Positions 24,399 through 37,698 of a DNA stretch of 64,000 nucleotides are shown here, in pieces. Both the position numbers and the translations under genes were made by a program. Under the pieces are notes generated by a model. It searched no databases. It saw only the letters and a list, made by a program, of their open reading frames with translations, and was not told the origin of the DNA. The stretch's first letter is position 1, and every line of letters begins with the position of its first letter. The stretch comes from Lepidodermella squamata. Its lineage: Eukaryota; Animalia; Gastrotricha. The stretch spans positions 868,001-932,000 of the forward strand of contig JBLDXI010000011.1 of assembly GCA_047495785.1 (NCBI GenBank), in the 5' to 3' direction.

Positions 24399-27203
24399 TT
24401 ACATTGCTTGAGGGTTGTGAGGCAAACAGTCAACAATGAGGTGCATGTGATCGTTGGAGTGAGGAATAATTGGAAATGATCTTTTTACATGTAATTCCTT
24501 CCATGAAACTATAGAAATTTTTTTCATGTCACCGGTTACATGATAAGAGAAGTAGCGGCGGAAGAAGCGCTCGATGGTCAGTTCAACAACAACGAAAAAA
24601 ACGTCATCATCAATAGAGTAAATGCACTCAATTTGGTGAAAAGTAGGTCGATTGGGACTATTAAACCAGCCGACACTCGGCTTCGAAGTAGTAATAGCCG
24701 AGCCGATTACAAAAAAAGCTCCTTTATAGCGAATCGAATTACGCACGACAGCTCTTTCAGGTAGACTCAAAGCAGAAACGTCAAGGTAGCTCAAATATTC
24801 GGTTAGATTTTTCTCTTTTCCTCCATCAATCAATTTCAGCGAATCAGTCGAATTCAAGAATCTTTTCGATTGATATTTTGCACAGTTAAAAATTTGAGAA
24901 ACAGGATTATGGTAATTTTTTGGTTCAATTTTACAGAGACCTCGCTCGAAGCCAAGAGACGAGTAGAATCGCGCAGGTCCGTATTCACGCATTTGCTGCG
25001 GATAATGAACAAGGTTGTGAAGCTTTGTTACAACAAACGACTCGCCATAAGTTTCAACGGACAGTTGCAAGAATCGAAAGATCAAGTTTTCAAGGATAGG
25101 TACATCATCAAGAAACACAAAAGGCGAATAAATGAAAGATAAAATCTTGTTTAAAATCTGAAGCACATGGTATTCCTTCGAATCAAAAAACATTGGTTTC
25201 TGTTTCAGACAAGTAAAATCTAGAATAAATCCTAGCCGGGTCATTAGAATTCGCATTTGCGTCGCCGTCTGATGACAGTGAATTTCGCCGGACGTCACCG
25301 TGAAATTTGGTGCCGGAATCGCCTCATGTTTGGCTGTGTCGTCGAAGTCGAATTGCTCGATTGCGCTGTTCATCGCGTCATCCGTCAGCCCGAAGCTGGT
25401 CTTGGCCTTGGTAAGGGCTCCGTTCAAAACGTAGACGCAGACACCCTCCAGTAGGTCATGGGCTGGCTCACTGACTACGCACGCTGGGAATCGCGGGCCC
25501 AGGTGCGGTGACTCGGCCAAGATAGAGAGTACGCCGCTCAACCCAGTTTCGGTCATCCTGATTAGAGGAAAATAAAAAAATTTAAGGAGGACGATTTTTC
25601 AACAATTTTCAACAATTTTTTCACATAATAAATGGAAAAAATTTAATTAAATTAAATAAAATGAAACAATAAGGAAAAATTGATATAAGCTAATTTTTAC
25701 TTTCAATCAGCAAATAATTCTAATTTTTTTTTAATTTTGGAATAATTGACAATTTTTCTTTCAATTTGGAGGAAATTTATCTATATTCTAAAATAGAGCT
25801 GTGTCGGTTTCAATTCTAGATTCCCGGTCCGGTTCTGTTCAACGATTCTGGAGGACCGGACCGAGTTAGCCGGGAGAACCGGCGGTTGACCATAATAACT
25901 GAAGTGTGCGAAAATTTGATGAAAATACTTACAACGCCCTCATCTCCGTAACATTCGGCGCATCTGAAATCCTTCGCGATTGAACAACCATAGTTTCCGC
26001 GTTTCGTAGTTTCAGGTTCGTAGCTTCGAAAACGAGGCCGAATTGCCCGCGCGGTGTTTCACATTTCGAACACGTGAGATGAGCCCGAAAACTTTCGAGC
26101 ATGCCGATGATTTGATGCTGAGCCAAGTTATCGCCGAGAAAACTCACGACGATAATTCTAACTTCTTTGCCTTGAACGATGATGGTGGTTTCGAGATCTT
26201 TCTCAACCGCCTTGATGACTGAATTCAGGGCTGAGTAACAACAGGACTTGTATGACACGATTAGCTAATTCGGAAAAAAATTACCTGCTGTTTTTCTCGT
26301 TTCCTTAGGTAGCTCGCAGCTCTTCGAAGCGGCGAGTAGAAAATGGAATTCAGGGCTGAAAAATAGGGAAATTAGAAAAAAATTAAAAAAAATCGAAGGG
26401 TAGTCTCACATTTGTTCGAACATTCTGGCGATCATCTTCCATTCGAAAACGGCCAATTTTTGCTTCTTCACGTAAGTTCCAAGAGCGGAAACCGATACGA
26501 ACTCGTCAAAGAAGAGAAAAAGTGGGACAATAAAATCCTCATTAATATCGATGATAATTTCTCGAACTGCCGAGCCATCAAGAGGTGATGTTAAAAAGCC
26601 GTCGGATTCTTGTTGCAATAAACTCGTTTTGCTGAAAATTTGCAGTAAATCCGGTTTCGAGTTTAGAAAGTGGCTGATTTGTTTAGAAATCGGTAGGTAC
26701 TGGAAGGTTTCGACGGCCTCAGGTTGACAAGGCGCCAAGAATGATAGAAATTTTCCGCGGTTGTGAGTCGAGAGCATATTTTTGAAAATGTTATCGAATG
26801 GAAGAGACCAAAATCCACCGATGTAGTGTTCCAGCAATTTTCGAACGCATTGGGCGAGGAAATCGACAACAAAACAAACAAGAGTTTCAGTCGCCATGAA
26901 ATCGAATTTCAACTTGAAAATAAACTCGAGAAGCGATGAATTCAAATTCTCAGTCAAAATATCTTCAATATCGAGCTTATGACGGACAGGCTCATCTTCC
27001 ATTTGCGTGGCATCATCAATCCCATCAACAACAGGCGCATGCGTTAAGATCGGCTGTTGGTCACATTTTCCGACTGGCGCACTTTCGTTCGAACGAGGCA
27101 AGCAAACGTGTTGGTTGAACATGTGTTGAGAGGTGAATGTAGCCTTGCAGTCACATATCCATTCAGCTTTTTTAACTCTTGTAAACGAAAATGAAGAAGC
27201 CAT
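24399..27203 (-). CDS. EnSpm-type transposase, ~773 aa: exons 27203-26410, 26355-26285, 26230-25933, 25557-24399
   Basis: Open spliced frame. N-terminal CxC..H..C finger; LFFDEF..ALG..KQKL, GDNLAQH..G..ESF....CSKC, HDLLEG and KLHNLVHY......GP......FE motifs. Confidence 0.88.
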
Positions 27204-27502
27204 TCTAAACAAGAGAGTCATGTTCTCATCAATTTATCATTTCATTTCTTCGAAATCGAGTTCACAATATTTTAAAACACAATAGCAATACGATACCGAT
27301 AACAAAACTGAGGTATCGATGGAAACAATTACGTTGACTATTAACACAATTCCGTAACAACTCGAGGAATCCGAGAAATTTCGAACAGATTCATGATTCA
27401 ACTAAGTTGAGGCATAGTATAATCATCATTTGAAACGAAATGAGCGGTTTATCAACACGAAGCAGGAAAAAAACGAAGCAGGAAAAAAATCAGACAGTTC
27501 GA

Positions 27503-29243
27503 TTATTTATTGGCCGCGAGCCTTTGACCGAGGGTCTTTACACGCTTGGTGCTGGTAGACTCCGTCGAATCGTCGTTCGCCGGTCGGCGATTTGAAGGGG
27601 CGAGAGGGGTTGAGGCAGACGTCGTAGCGGGCGTTGTAGCAACCGCTGTTTTCCGGGTATTCCGAGTTGCGGCTGGCGTAGTGGCCGTTGTAGGAGCACT
27701 CGGAGCCGCGGCCGGTGTTGACGCGGCAGTCGGTGCTGGCGTCGCAGGTGCGGTCGTGTGGGCGGGAGTGGCCGGCGCCGCTGTCGAATTCGTCGACGCA
27801 GCCGGGGTAGGCGGCAATTGGCCAGCTAGATCAACCGAAGAGCCGTCATTCTGAAAAAAACATCAAATTATGAAATAGTCAGAAAATATTCAATTTATAA
27901 TATATATATAGGATAACAATTATTGCATTTTTTGTGGAAACTTTTGAATTAAATCGGATTTGACATTTTTCCGAAATTCACAAAGAAATTCAATAAAACT
28001 TTCAGTCAAATAAGTTTTCTAATAATTTTGCAGAATTTATCATCAAAATTGAAAATTTATTGAAATTTAAAAAAATTCTGCTAAAAAAATAAATCAACTA
28101 CTCACCGGGAGCGAGTTGCTGTCGGAGTCGCCATCGTCGCTGGAGGGCGGCTGATTTTCGCCGTTCAGGGCGTCGGCATCCGGAAGCTGCTGCCCGGCGG
28201 CCTTCTTCGCCTGCGCCTTGGCCTTGGCCTTCTTGTTGTTCAGGCATTTAGATACCCTCTCCTTGAACAGTGTCTGAAACAGAAGAAAAATTATCACAAA
28301 TTAGGATTAAAAAATTGCGAACAAACCTGCTGGTTCTCCCCAGGAAACAGATGACCGGTCACCGCCGGGTTGGCCTCGTGGGTTATGCGCCATTCTCGTT
28401 CCACAAAGGCCAAGATGACCCCGTAGTCGCCTTTGCCGAACGGACGAACCGGATTTTGGTTGAGGGCAGTAATCGCCGAGAAGCGAACCAGGGTTTGAAA
28501 AGTTGTAATCAAAGCACCCGCGTCCCACTCGGAACCAAGCCGGCCGTCAAATTGGCGGAGAGTGAAGCGGGTAAATTCAAACTTGATCTGCGCCTATTAA
28601 AATAAAATCACAGGAAAAATCAGTAATTAGCTATCAACGGAGTGAAGCAACACGCGAAAATTAAATAAGAAATGTTCTTACCTTTTGAGGGGAAACGGCT
28701 ACAACAACCGTTACAGCAGCAGCAGCAGCGACGGAAGCGGCTCGATTTTTAGGGAACGCCACAACGACTTCGCAAGCCTTTCGCAGGCCGAGCGAATTCG
28801 GAAACATTTCCCGAATGTCATCTTCCGTTAATGCAAGCATAACAGCCTCGTACAACTGTTCCCCTATAATAGAAAATATTCGATAAAAATAATTCAATAA
28901 AAATTCAGATCAAAATCAGAAAAATTATCGCAATATTTCAATAAATATAAAAATAATTCAATTAAAATTCAGATCAAAATCAGAAAATTATCGCAATATT
29001 TCAATAAAAATAAAAATAATACAATTTGAATTTAGAGCAAAATCAGAAAAATGGGAAGCCGATTTTCCAAGTATTATAATATAAATTTGATTGAATGAAA
29101 AAATTTCGAAAAATCATAATTTTCACTACAATAATAAAATAAGGGAGCGAACCTGCAAATTTAGCCGACAGGCCATCGACGTGATCTTGGTTTGTAATGC
29201 CGGCTTCAGTAACGAGCTTGATTGCCTCCGTCAAATAATCCAT
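27503..29243 (-). CDS. EnSpm accessory protein, ~351 aa: exons 29243-29153, 28863-28682, 28593-28327, 28273-28106, 27850-27503
   Basis: Open spliced frame. SAM-like LTEDDIREMFPNSLGLRK at the N-terminus, basic helix, Ala/Thr/Pro-rich tail. Confidence 0.75.
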
Positions 29244-32189
29244 CTTAACAAGAATTCTAAGGAAAAAATGTTTGAAAAATTGTGTAAAAAAAGTTGAGCG
29301 AGAACGGGGGCGAAGAAGTGGATTGGGCCAGGTAATTTTTTCGCGATTTATGGTACCGAGGAGTACGAGCCGTGGGAAAATTCGAAAAAATGGCTAATTT
29401 GGCTAGAATAGCCGGGGTTGACTAGGCCTGGATTGGGCCTACAAAATTAGGCGGAAAGGTATAAAACTGGAATAGAATGAAAACAGCACTGACTTGAACG
29501 AAAAATTTAGAGGCGGTTTTATACCGGTTGGGTAGCGGTTGTAAAACATGGCGGCGACGAGCGGGAGATGTTATAGGCGCTAAAAACTTTGCGTGACGTG
29601 CAACGCAGTCAACCACGCAAAGGGAGGCGATGGTGCGTGCCTAGATCCAGGGTGAGACCCGAGGCGGTGACAACGTCGCGCTGCAGCTGTCAGGTGTTGA
29701 CGCGGCAAGTTTTGAACGACGGCGTCAACTACGGTTTCAAAGGCTGCGATCACGCAAGGGCGAATAATAAACAACAACTAGTGTAGCGACAAGCCACAAT
29801 GCCGCAAAAAATGGGCCGAGTATGCGCAATGAGCCCATAAATCAGCCTAGCTCAGAAATAACCTGATGATGAACAAAATTAACGCGAAAAAAGTCTTGCG
29901 TTTAAGACGAAAGGCGCAAACAACAAAAAAGCCCGCTTTATGCGGGTCCCCAAAATTAACTGAATTGAAAAGTAAGGATGAATCAAAAATTTCAGCCGAT
30001 TATTCAAATTCTAACCTAGAACACCCGTTACTTGGAGCCTTATGGTAAACAAATCAAGCAGAAAAGTTGAAATTAACCAAATTCGCTGCGAGAGATACCA
30101 AGCCGTTTTTCCGTGTTCGCCGTGAAATGCCGTTAAATGCCGTTTTAAACGGCCGTAAAACTCATAAAAAGCGCAATTCAGGCAATATACATTATCAGCG
30201 CAATGAAAATCTCACGATTTTCGCCGGCGTTGCAGTCTGTAGCATCCGACCTACTTTTTTATTGCCGCATAAGTGAAAAATCTAGTAACGCGTTTCTCGT
30301 AGTAAAAAAATCTATGAACGCAGCCATCATTAAACGATCTCACAAAAAACGGGTGTTTCGATGCCAGCCGCGCCGGTCGCCGGCATGACGATACCTGCCC
30401 GGTAAAATATAACTCAGCCACGCTAATCAGCCAACGACTGTAATAAAATAACCCTAATATCGTGAAAACCTGACGCTGCTTTTCAAAGATGGTAATTTAT
30501 CTATGAAAAAGCGACGGCAATGGCTGAAGGCTGAATGGTGATAATTAACCTAGAAACGAAGCGCGGGTGAAGCGCCAGGCGGTTATTGACTGAACTGAGG
30601 CGCCTTCGGTTTGAACGTCAACTTGTGAAACGACAGAAAATTCATGTGCAAACGACGAGCAAAAAGCGACAAGTGCGCGCAGCGCTCAAATTGTCGTCCG
30701 CGCGCACACACTCACGAGTGACCTATTACGCATTATTAAGTTAACAATAAAAATTACTTCATCATGAGCGACGTGAGTTATCTAATGAGGTACACGCTCA
30801 ATGGTACGCGCAATTTATTAGCACCTTTGCGCGCTATTCGGGTATCGCGTGAATTGAAAAGTGAGGTGACGAAGCAAGCAGGTTTTTACAGTGAAAGCAT
30901 TGCAAAGGAGCGTCTCCATAGCGTCTCACTTACTTATTTAGCATCCCTAGCACCCTTGACAAGGAAAATCAACATGGCACGACCATTTGCTCAATTCAAA
31001 TCAAGTTCAGTGTCTAACAAAGCGTTATATAAGCTGATTTTGGCTACGTCTACTTTTTTACTTTCATTGTGCTGGGAGTGGTACAAGCCATTTTCCCTTT
31101 AGAAGCGCGTACGATTTTGTTTTCGAATTGTGTTCACCGACATTATAAAAATGGAATCCGAGTTTTGCAACATAACCTTTTATCACTACACTTGTTAATT
31201 ATTCTCAATTTTGCTGCTCTTTTCAAATGTGAATAACAATGAATCCAAATTCTTCAAAAAAAACTACATTAATGACGAAAAAATCAAATTATTTGAATTA
31301 ATTTCCATAATATTTGTTTTGCAAATTTAAAATTCATTCATAGCCGCATTAAGAACCTGTCCACGTTGAAGTTTTTCATCGGAAAAACGGCAAATTATCA
31401 GATATTTCGCAAGAGGAAGCCTTTATTCTTAGCGATATTCCTATAAAAGCAGTAGCATCACGGCGTATTCGTGTTTGATGTGCGCATATTATAATGTACG
31501 CATACCGTTTGCGCGCCATATAAAGCGTAAAACGCCAGCTGCATAGTATATAACATTTACGGGTTGCGCTAACCGCGCCTTATACAACGCAGGAATGTAA
31601 ACATATGTGCGCGGAACGTATGGCGCAGCGCGCGCACGTTTACTATGGATCCCATGGCAACCATTTGCCGCAGGTTATTCATAGTGCGCGAGTTCTGAAA
31701 CACCCTGTACACATAAATTCAAAAAATAGCTTAAGCATTGCTGAGCTTGCAAGAATTTTCAACTAAAGCGGCCAAAATGTGCTTCTTAGCTCGCAGAAGT
31801 AAATGATTGATAGACATTCACACTCGGTGTTGTAAGACAGATCTGCAGTCAGCTCAGTAACGTCACTTCAGCAGTGTCTTTGAGTAGGCAAAACATGACA
31901 CGTGCCACCCGCGCGCGATGGGCACCGTCAGCGGATGTACAAGCAGTCGTATGGTAACCTTCTGCCACCTACCAGGCGCTTAGCATCATATCCCAGATCC
32001 CATCTCACGCAGCTTACGTGATATGTCAATGTATCGTTGCTTAAATGGCCTTAATTCGCATATTGGGTAGCATCTGAACACTAACGGTATGCTGTGTTCG
32101 AGTGACGAAGTGACATTGCAGTCCTAGACGTCAGCACTGACACGCCCGGCGATACAGTTTTCGTGCAATTGGCAATTGGGATGTGTAAT

Positions 32190-33110
32190 TTTATTTATTT
32201 ATTTATTTATTTAGAAGCTATGACACCCAAGAGAGGGCAGCTTGACAATGTTTGAAGGAAAAAGCAACAGATAATTTCAGGACAGGTTCAGATTTAGGAC
32301 CGGAAAAGTGAGCACAGTGAGACGAAACAAAGGTTTGGACCATTCATCGTTTTAATATGTAGCAGTGATCAGTCAACAATTTGGATCAGTAGTACATAGT
32401 GTGTAATAATAATAAAGATAATATTAAAACAAAATCTCAACAACTTCATAAAAGGCAGTAGCAGCTCATAATAGCTTCACAACAGTAAAAAAATAGAGTG
32501 CAATCAATTTATTAAAGTGCTAAACTAGAGGCATTTTTGTTGTAGAAAAAAGCGTGAGCAATTGAACGGCATATGTCAGCTGACTCGGCCTGCCGTGCCT
32601 CAATAGGCAGTTGATTCCACAGTTCGGGACCTCTGTAACTCAGACTAAGCATTTCTCGTTTTGAGTCGCATTTCGGCTTGAACATAGGTTCGGAATTTCG
32701 AACCTCGTATCGGGGAGGCGGGTTCAGACAAAAAAGCGCTTGCATTGCAGCCGGTGCTTGCTTGTTAAGGCACTTCCATATGAAGGTGGCCAGGTGGATG
32801 GCGTGTTTTTGTTCCACGTCAACCCAGCCAAGGCGATGTCGCAGTGGTTGAGCATCAGCGAGCGGATGAGCGCCACAAATAACTCGAACTGCTCGGTCTT
32901 GCGTCGATTGAAGCCTGGCCAGTGTGGTCGGGGCAGCTTGGCCCAAGTTCAGGTCACCGTAATTCAAGTGACTAAATATCAAACCATTGGCCATTAAGAT
33001 AGCAGTCCTACGACTTACGAACTTCGAGGCCAGCTTGAGAGCAAACAAACCTCTTCTTGCTTTGCTTTTGGCACCATTTATGTGCTTCTTGAAAGACAGT
33101 AAACCTGCAA
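32190..33110 (-). mobile_element. 5'-truncated LINE 3' end (L2/CR1/Jockey group) with (TAAA)n tail
   Basis: SHLNYGD...RLQSTQDRAVRVI...LGW...YRGPELWNQLP is typical of a LINE ORF2 C-terminus; TTTA repeats at 32190-32212. Confidence 0.85.
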
Positions 33111-34067
33111 AGCAAACGACTGGTCCACCAGACTTCAACCCTGTGGAAGTACACGAGGGATCCTGAATCCTGAGACCATCGAGACACTCTTGGGTAATCA
33201 GGCGAATTAACACAGCACTCGAGTCACCAGGAACTACACAGTTACCAGGGAGTACGTCATGGCCACATGCAAGCTTTCCACAAGCCGAAGCGCTTCAAAG
33301 CTTCCCACTGCGTCGCGCTTCGTAGCTCGCCGGGGTAAGGCATCGAAAGCATCTTAAAATTTGGGATGATAGGGATTGGTGGCTGTGGAAAATCTGTGAT
33401 TCTGATCAATTCTGATGAATTGTAGCTATTTCGCTTCGCTCATGATGTTGCTGCCGTCGCCACGTTTTTGCCGCTGTTGCTGCTACTGCTGGCGTTGAGA
33501 GTGCGTTGTACGCATGACGAGATAGTTGGTGACACCCATAGTGACACCCATACACCATTTTAAGACAGCATTTCGAGTTGGTTTTTATGAGTAATGTCTG
33601 TCATGAAATAGGAGTGCGCATTGTATAGCTCATGCCGGACCGCACGTTACGTTGCGTGTTCAAAAGAATCGTTACCCTTACAGAGTGCGCACACGTGCGG
33701 AATTACTGCGCACACAGAGAACAGCTACACATCCTCCTTCGTCATATGTAGGAGTGCGCGAACGGCGTGCCGAGTTACTGCGCACGCTTGATAGTTACTG
33801 CGCACGCTTGACGTACGTACGTACTGACGGACGGACGGACGGAACGCGCCCCACGACAACGGGGAGTTCCCCGTCATTACAAGAGGGTCAAGTATGCCCG
33901 CTCATAGCTCATAGGAGAAGCCTTGCTCGATCGGTGAAACCTTAGCGGACAGTCTGTACATTTTAGGTCTGCGGCGACTGATGAATTGAACAAAAGGCCG
34001 CCACTTGAGATTGATTTTATTAGTGCATAGCATTTCGCCATTAAAGATCATTTCAAATTATCTCAAC

Positions 34068-34946
34068 ATGGCCATTCTCTTTGTGTTGTTTGCCGCCGCC
34101 ACCCTGTTTACTAGTTGTTTAGGCTGTCCAGCATCAACAACTACAACGCCTTGTCCGACTACTGCATCCGGAACGACAACATGCACATCTGGCAGCACTT
34201 GTGTTTCATCAAGCAATGTTTGCAGTGACACCACGAAAACATGCCAAACATCGGTAAACTCCCACCCGCTGTAAAAATAAAACAAGCCACATTTTCTCAT
34301 GCAGGGCTCATTCCAACTCTGCACTGGTACATCCACTGGTGGCTCTGGTATCAGTGGAGTAGCCCTCAAGGTGTGCATTTCAACCGGTGTTGCTTGCACA
34401 AGCGCCTTCGGTAGCGGCATTACTGTATGTTTCTAAATAAATGCCAATTCCATTGTCTTATTCAACTTGTTGTAGCAACAAACCACAACCCCAAATGCCT
34501 ACGACACGTTCTCTGCATGCTGCAATGCTGCTTCCAGCAATACAGCAACGAACCTGAACTATGAATACATCCCGGCTTTAGGAACAGGAAATCCAACGTT
34601 AATATGCTACGTCATGACGTCTGACACGCTGCCATACAAAATCGCCACTCCTGCGTCGCCGGCTAACACGAAAAAAGGTTACTGCACTCGCTTCCCATAC
34701 ACATCTTCCGGCACGGACGCACTTGCCTCGAGCGCTGATTTGGTTTGTTAACGCGAAATTGTAACGTGCTTGTATAAATGGGACTTTTTTCAGAAACTCG
34801 CTTCCTCCCCGTTCGCTTACGCCAGTTTTACTTTATGTTGCACCAGCGTGTTTGGTGGCACCCCGGCAGGTACCAACGCATGGGGCCCGGCTGTTTCTGC
34901 CTATGGTCTTAGCTTTGACTCGTGTGCCACGACTTCCCCGACGTAA
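34068..34946 (+). CDS. Secreted Cys/Thr-rich protein, diverged paralog D (4 exons, 241 aa)
   Basis: Colinear with copy A (offset 31731), same exon and intron sizes; splice sites, Cys residues and stop conserved. Confidence 0.9.
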
Positions 34947-36869
34947 AAATGGCGACAGCTCAAACACCCTTGTTATGCTGGCGTTGTACAACGTGTAAGA
35001 AGAACTCTTAAGTTTAATCATAATTCCTTGATAAAAAAAGTAAGTTCGAGCCAACAGAATGAGAGTTTAATGCTTGATCGTTGTAATAGTTTTCTGATTA
35101 CATCTGACTACTGCTTCCATTCAGTATTGATGGCATTCATAAGTTGAATAAATATCATAATAGGAAAATATATGATTCTTCGTTCACAAATATAGGGTAG
35201 GGTTAACTAGATATACCTAAAAAAGTCGTCTTTTTCAAACCCTTGTCATTCCATAAGCATGAGTTTCATATTTTGGCCATAAACAGTCCGAACCCATTTC
35301 AGTAAGCGCACAAAATATCATGTGCCAATTCCTGACCGTAGGCGAGGCCACGTTGCTCAAAATTTAAAAAGGCAACAATTTAAAACCTCTCAAGGGTGCC
35401 CCAACTGTGCATGAAAGATTCACTGCGGAACCCAAATCGCATACTCACTCAATTTGTATTCTATAGGAATCAGTCTTTATCAGATATAGAACGGAAATAT
35501 AGTTCATATTCAAATCTATATTTGAAATATAAAAAATATAGATTTGGGTTTCAAGGTCGAAAACACAGACACAGTGTTATATTCATGTGATGAATTGAAA
35601 GTGTTGAATAGCGACGGCGTTTCATCTAGAGATCGGGAGAAAACAAAGGCTTCCACAGTGGCCAATTTCTTGAGCTCTTTTTGACCCTGTGTGTCGAAGC
35701 ATCATTTTGTTCATTTTGAATTATCGACGCAGAAATTGTTCCGACCAGTGCAGAAAGGAGGATCTTTGCCGAGAGGGGATTGAGTTTTCGTTCGCGGGCA
35801 TGTTTCTTCATATTTACATGCTTATTTGCAGCTGAGGCGGAAGTGCGGGATCCAAGCACCCATGTAGCACTTCTGAATATGAGAAACGGCACAGGAAAAC
35901 CAACACTTTCTTTTTGCTCGAATCAATCTAAAACACCACATCTGGTGCGCATTCATTGTTGCGAAACGCCCATTTTTACATGTTTACCTTTTTACGCCCA
36001 TTGTGCCGGATGCAGGTTTGTTTTTACCAACAACAAACAAAACAAGATCACCGAAGAATCACCAATTAAAATTTTATTGCAATCAAACATCAAACGAGTA
36101 AGAGTCAAACTGTCATGAAGAGTCAACGTTTCCCGAGATGCTTGATTTATTCATTGAAAATAACCAGAATACTGAAAATGATACATCTACGCCTTATTAT
36201 AGGCCACAGCTATGACTAATGAGGGAAACGCAATAGAAGCCAAGTTATGAATGAGCTGATAGTACAATGGCCAAATGCCAAACAAACATGAACAACAATA
36301 TCAAAACAATAACTAATCGTTACACAAACACGAGACTAGTGAGCAAACTTCAATCTTGTTTATTTCGATAAATCAGTGACTTTTATACGAGTATGTGGCG
36401 GGAATCGAATATACTAGAAAAAGGGTATAGAAGTTTCCAGAACGTTCCCAGCCAATCATAACACTGTACAGTTATAGCGAGTTAGATACCTCCCCCTTTT
36501 AGGAAAAGCTACTGGGGCGAGGCCAAAGGCACGAGAGTACAAGCGAAATTTCAGAGTATACAAAATACAAGTATACACAATTTTCATGTTTTGTTGTCAG
36601 TAGATGTCTAAATCGAATCTCTCTTACGCTGAATCACGCGCTGAACAAGAATATGTGGTTAGTTTTTCGATTGCAATCGACTTGAGAGATTGGCGAGGCT
36701 GGAACCGCCAGAACCGCAGTATGCAAAGCATGAGTTGATTGCGCCACTAAACAATATGACGACAATATGATGTTTTTGCTCGAAATATGTTCAAAATACA
36801 TGTTTTTGACGCATTTTTTGCAAAATAAAATTGTTTTATGTCATTCTCATGAATGTAAAAAATAGCTTT

Positions 36870-37100
36870 TCGGGCGGCCTTGCCGAACGTACGGAAAGGT
36901 CTCGCCGTACGTGCAGGTGCCGAATGCCTCGATAATTGTGCCGAAAGTGCGGAATTTATGTGCCGAAAGGGCGGAACAGGTTTGCCGAACGTCGTGCGGA
37001 ATCGTTGCGGAATCGGTGCAGAACAGGTGTCAGAAGTGCCCAATAAATGTGCCGAAAATTGGTGCAGAATGGTGCCGAATTTGGTGCCGGAAAATCCGAA
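36870..37100 (+). repeat. Degenerate (T)GCCGAA/GCGGAA tandem subrepeats (mirror at ~47150-47405)
   Basis: GCCGAA-like cores recur at roughly 11-22-bp spacing. Confidence 0.6.
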
Positions 37101-37473
37101 TCATACATCAAACGATGAAATACAAACTTGTTGAATCTGGGTTCTCCGAAAAATGTAGATCGGCCATGTGGAATTTTTCATAAATATATCACACCTTATT
37201 GCAGGTTGCAAGACATTCCGCATCAAAAAGGTGAACATTGATGCGTTGAAGGCTACACTTCATTTCAGACCGACACCAAGCATCGACCATACGCGTTACA
37301 GATCAACCTTGCAGACTATTTATTTATTTATTTATTTATTTAAAACTGCAGTTTCGCGTTGCGCGTGTAAACAGTGATTTGTTTTTATATACAGTTTTCA
37401 AATATTTACAGGCGTCTCACCGTCGACACACAAGTTTTTACAATTTCAGGCAACAAGTTTTGTGAAATTTAAT

Positions 37474-37698
37474 GGGAAAATCTTACACCGGTACCAAATT
37501 TCATTTAATTCAATACCTAACCATTTTATTCGTTTTTTAACTGGTTAGGGTTAGGGTTAGGGTTAGGTTAGGGTTAGGTTAGGGTTGAAGACTGGGTCTT
37601 CAAATTGGGAATTTGGAACTGTTTGGAATAATTTGGTACGGAATTCAATGATGTTTGGTACTGAATTCAATAATTTGGTAATGATTTCACTATATCCC
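37474..37698. mobile_element. MULE-type MITE carrying TTAGGG/TTAGG repeats, 9-bp TSD AAATTTAAT
   Basis: AAATTTAAT-GGGA...TCCC-AAATTTAAT; degenerate TIR sharing TACCAAATT; telomere-like tract at 37543-37585. Confidence 0.75.

Larger units (their letters stand above)
24057..30893 (-). mobile_element. EnSpm/CACTA (CMC)-type DNA transposon, 6837 bp, 2-bp TSD AA
   Basis: AA-CACTGTAAAAA ... TTTTTACAGTG-AA; encloses two intact spliced genes. Confidence 0.88.
30212..37321 (+). repeat. Left arm of ~7.1-kb inverted duplication
   Basis: Reverse complement of 46931-54061; mirrored ORF coordinates sum to 84273, 84274 or 84252. Confidence 0.98.

Noticed and set aside
27546-27854. Plus-strand Ala/Val/Gly-rich ORF
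   Set aside because: Antisense shadow of the Ala/Thr/Pro-rich last exon of the EnSpm helper.
37543-37585. True telomere or chromosome fusion site
   Set aside because: About 43 bp, one orientation only, and inside a MITE with a TSD.
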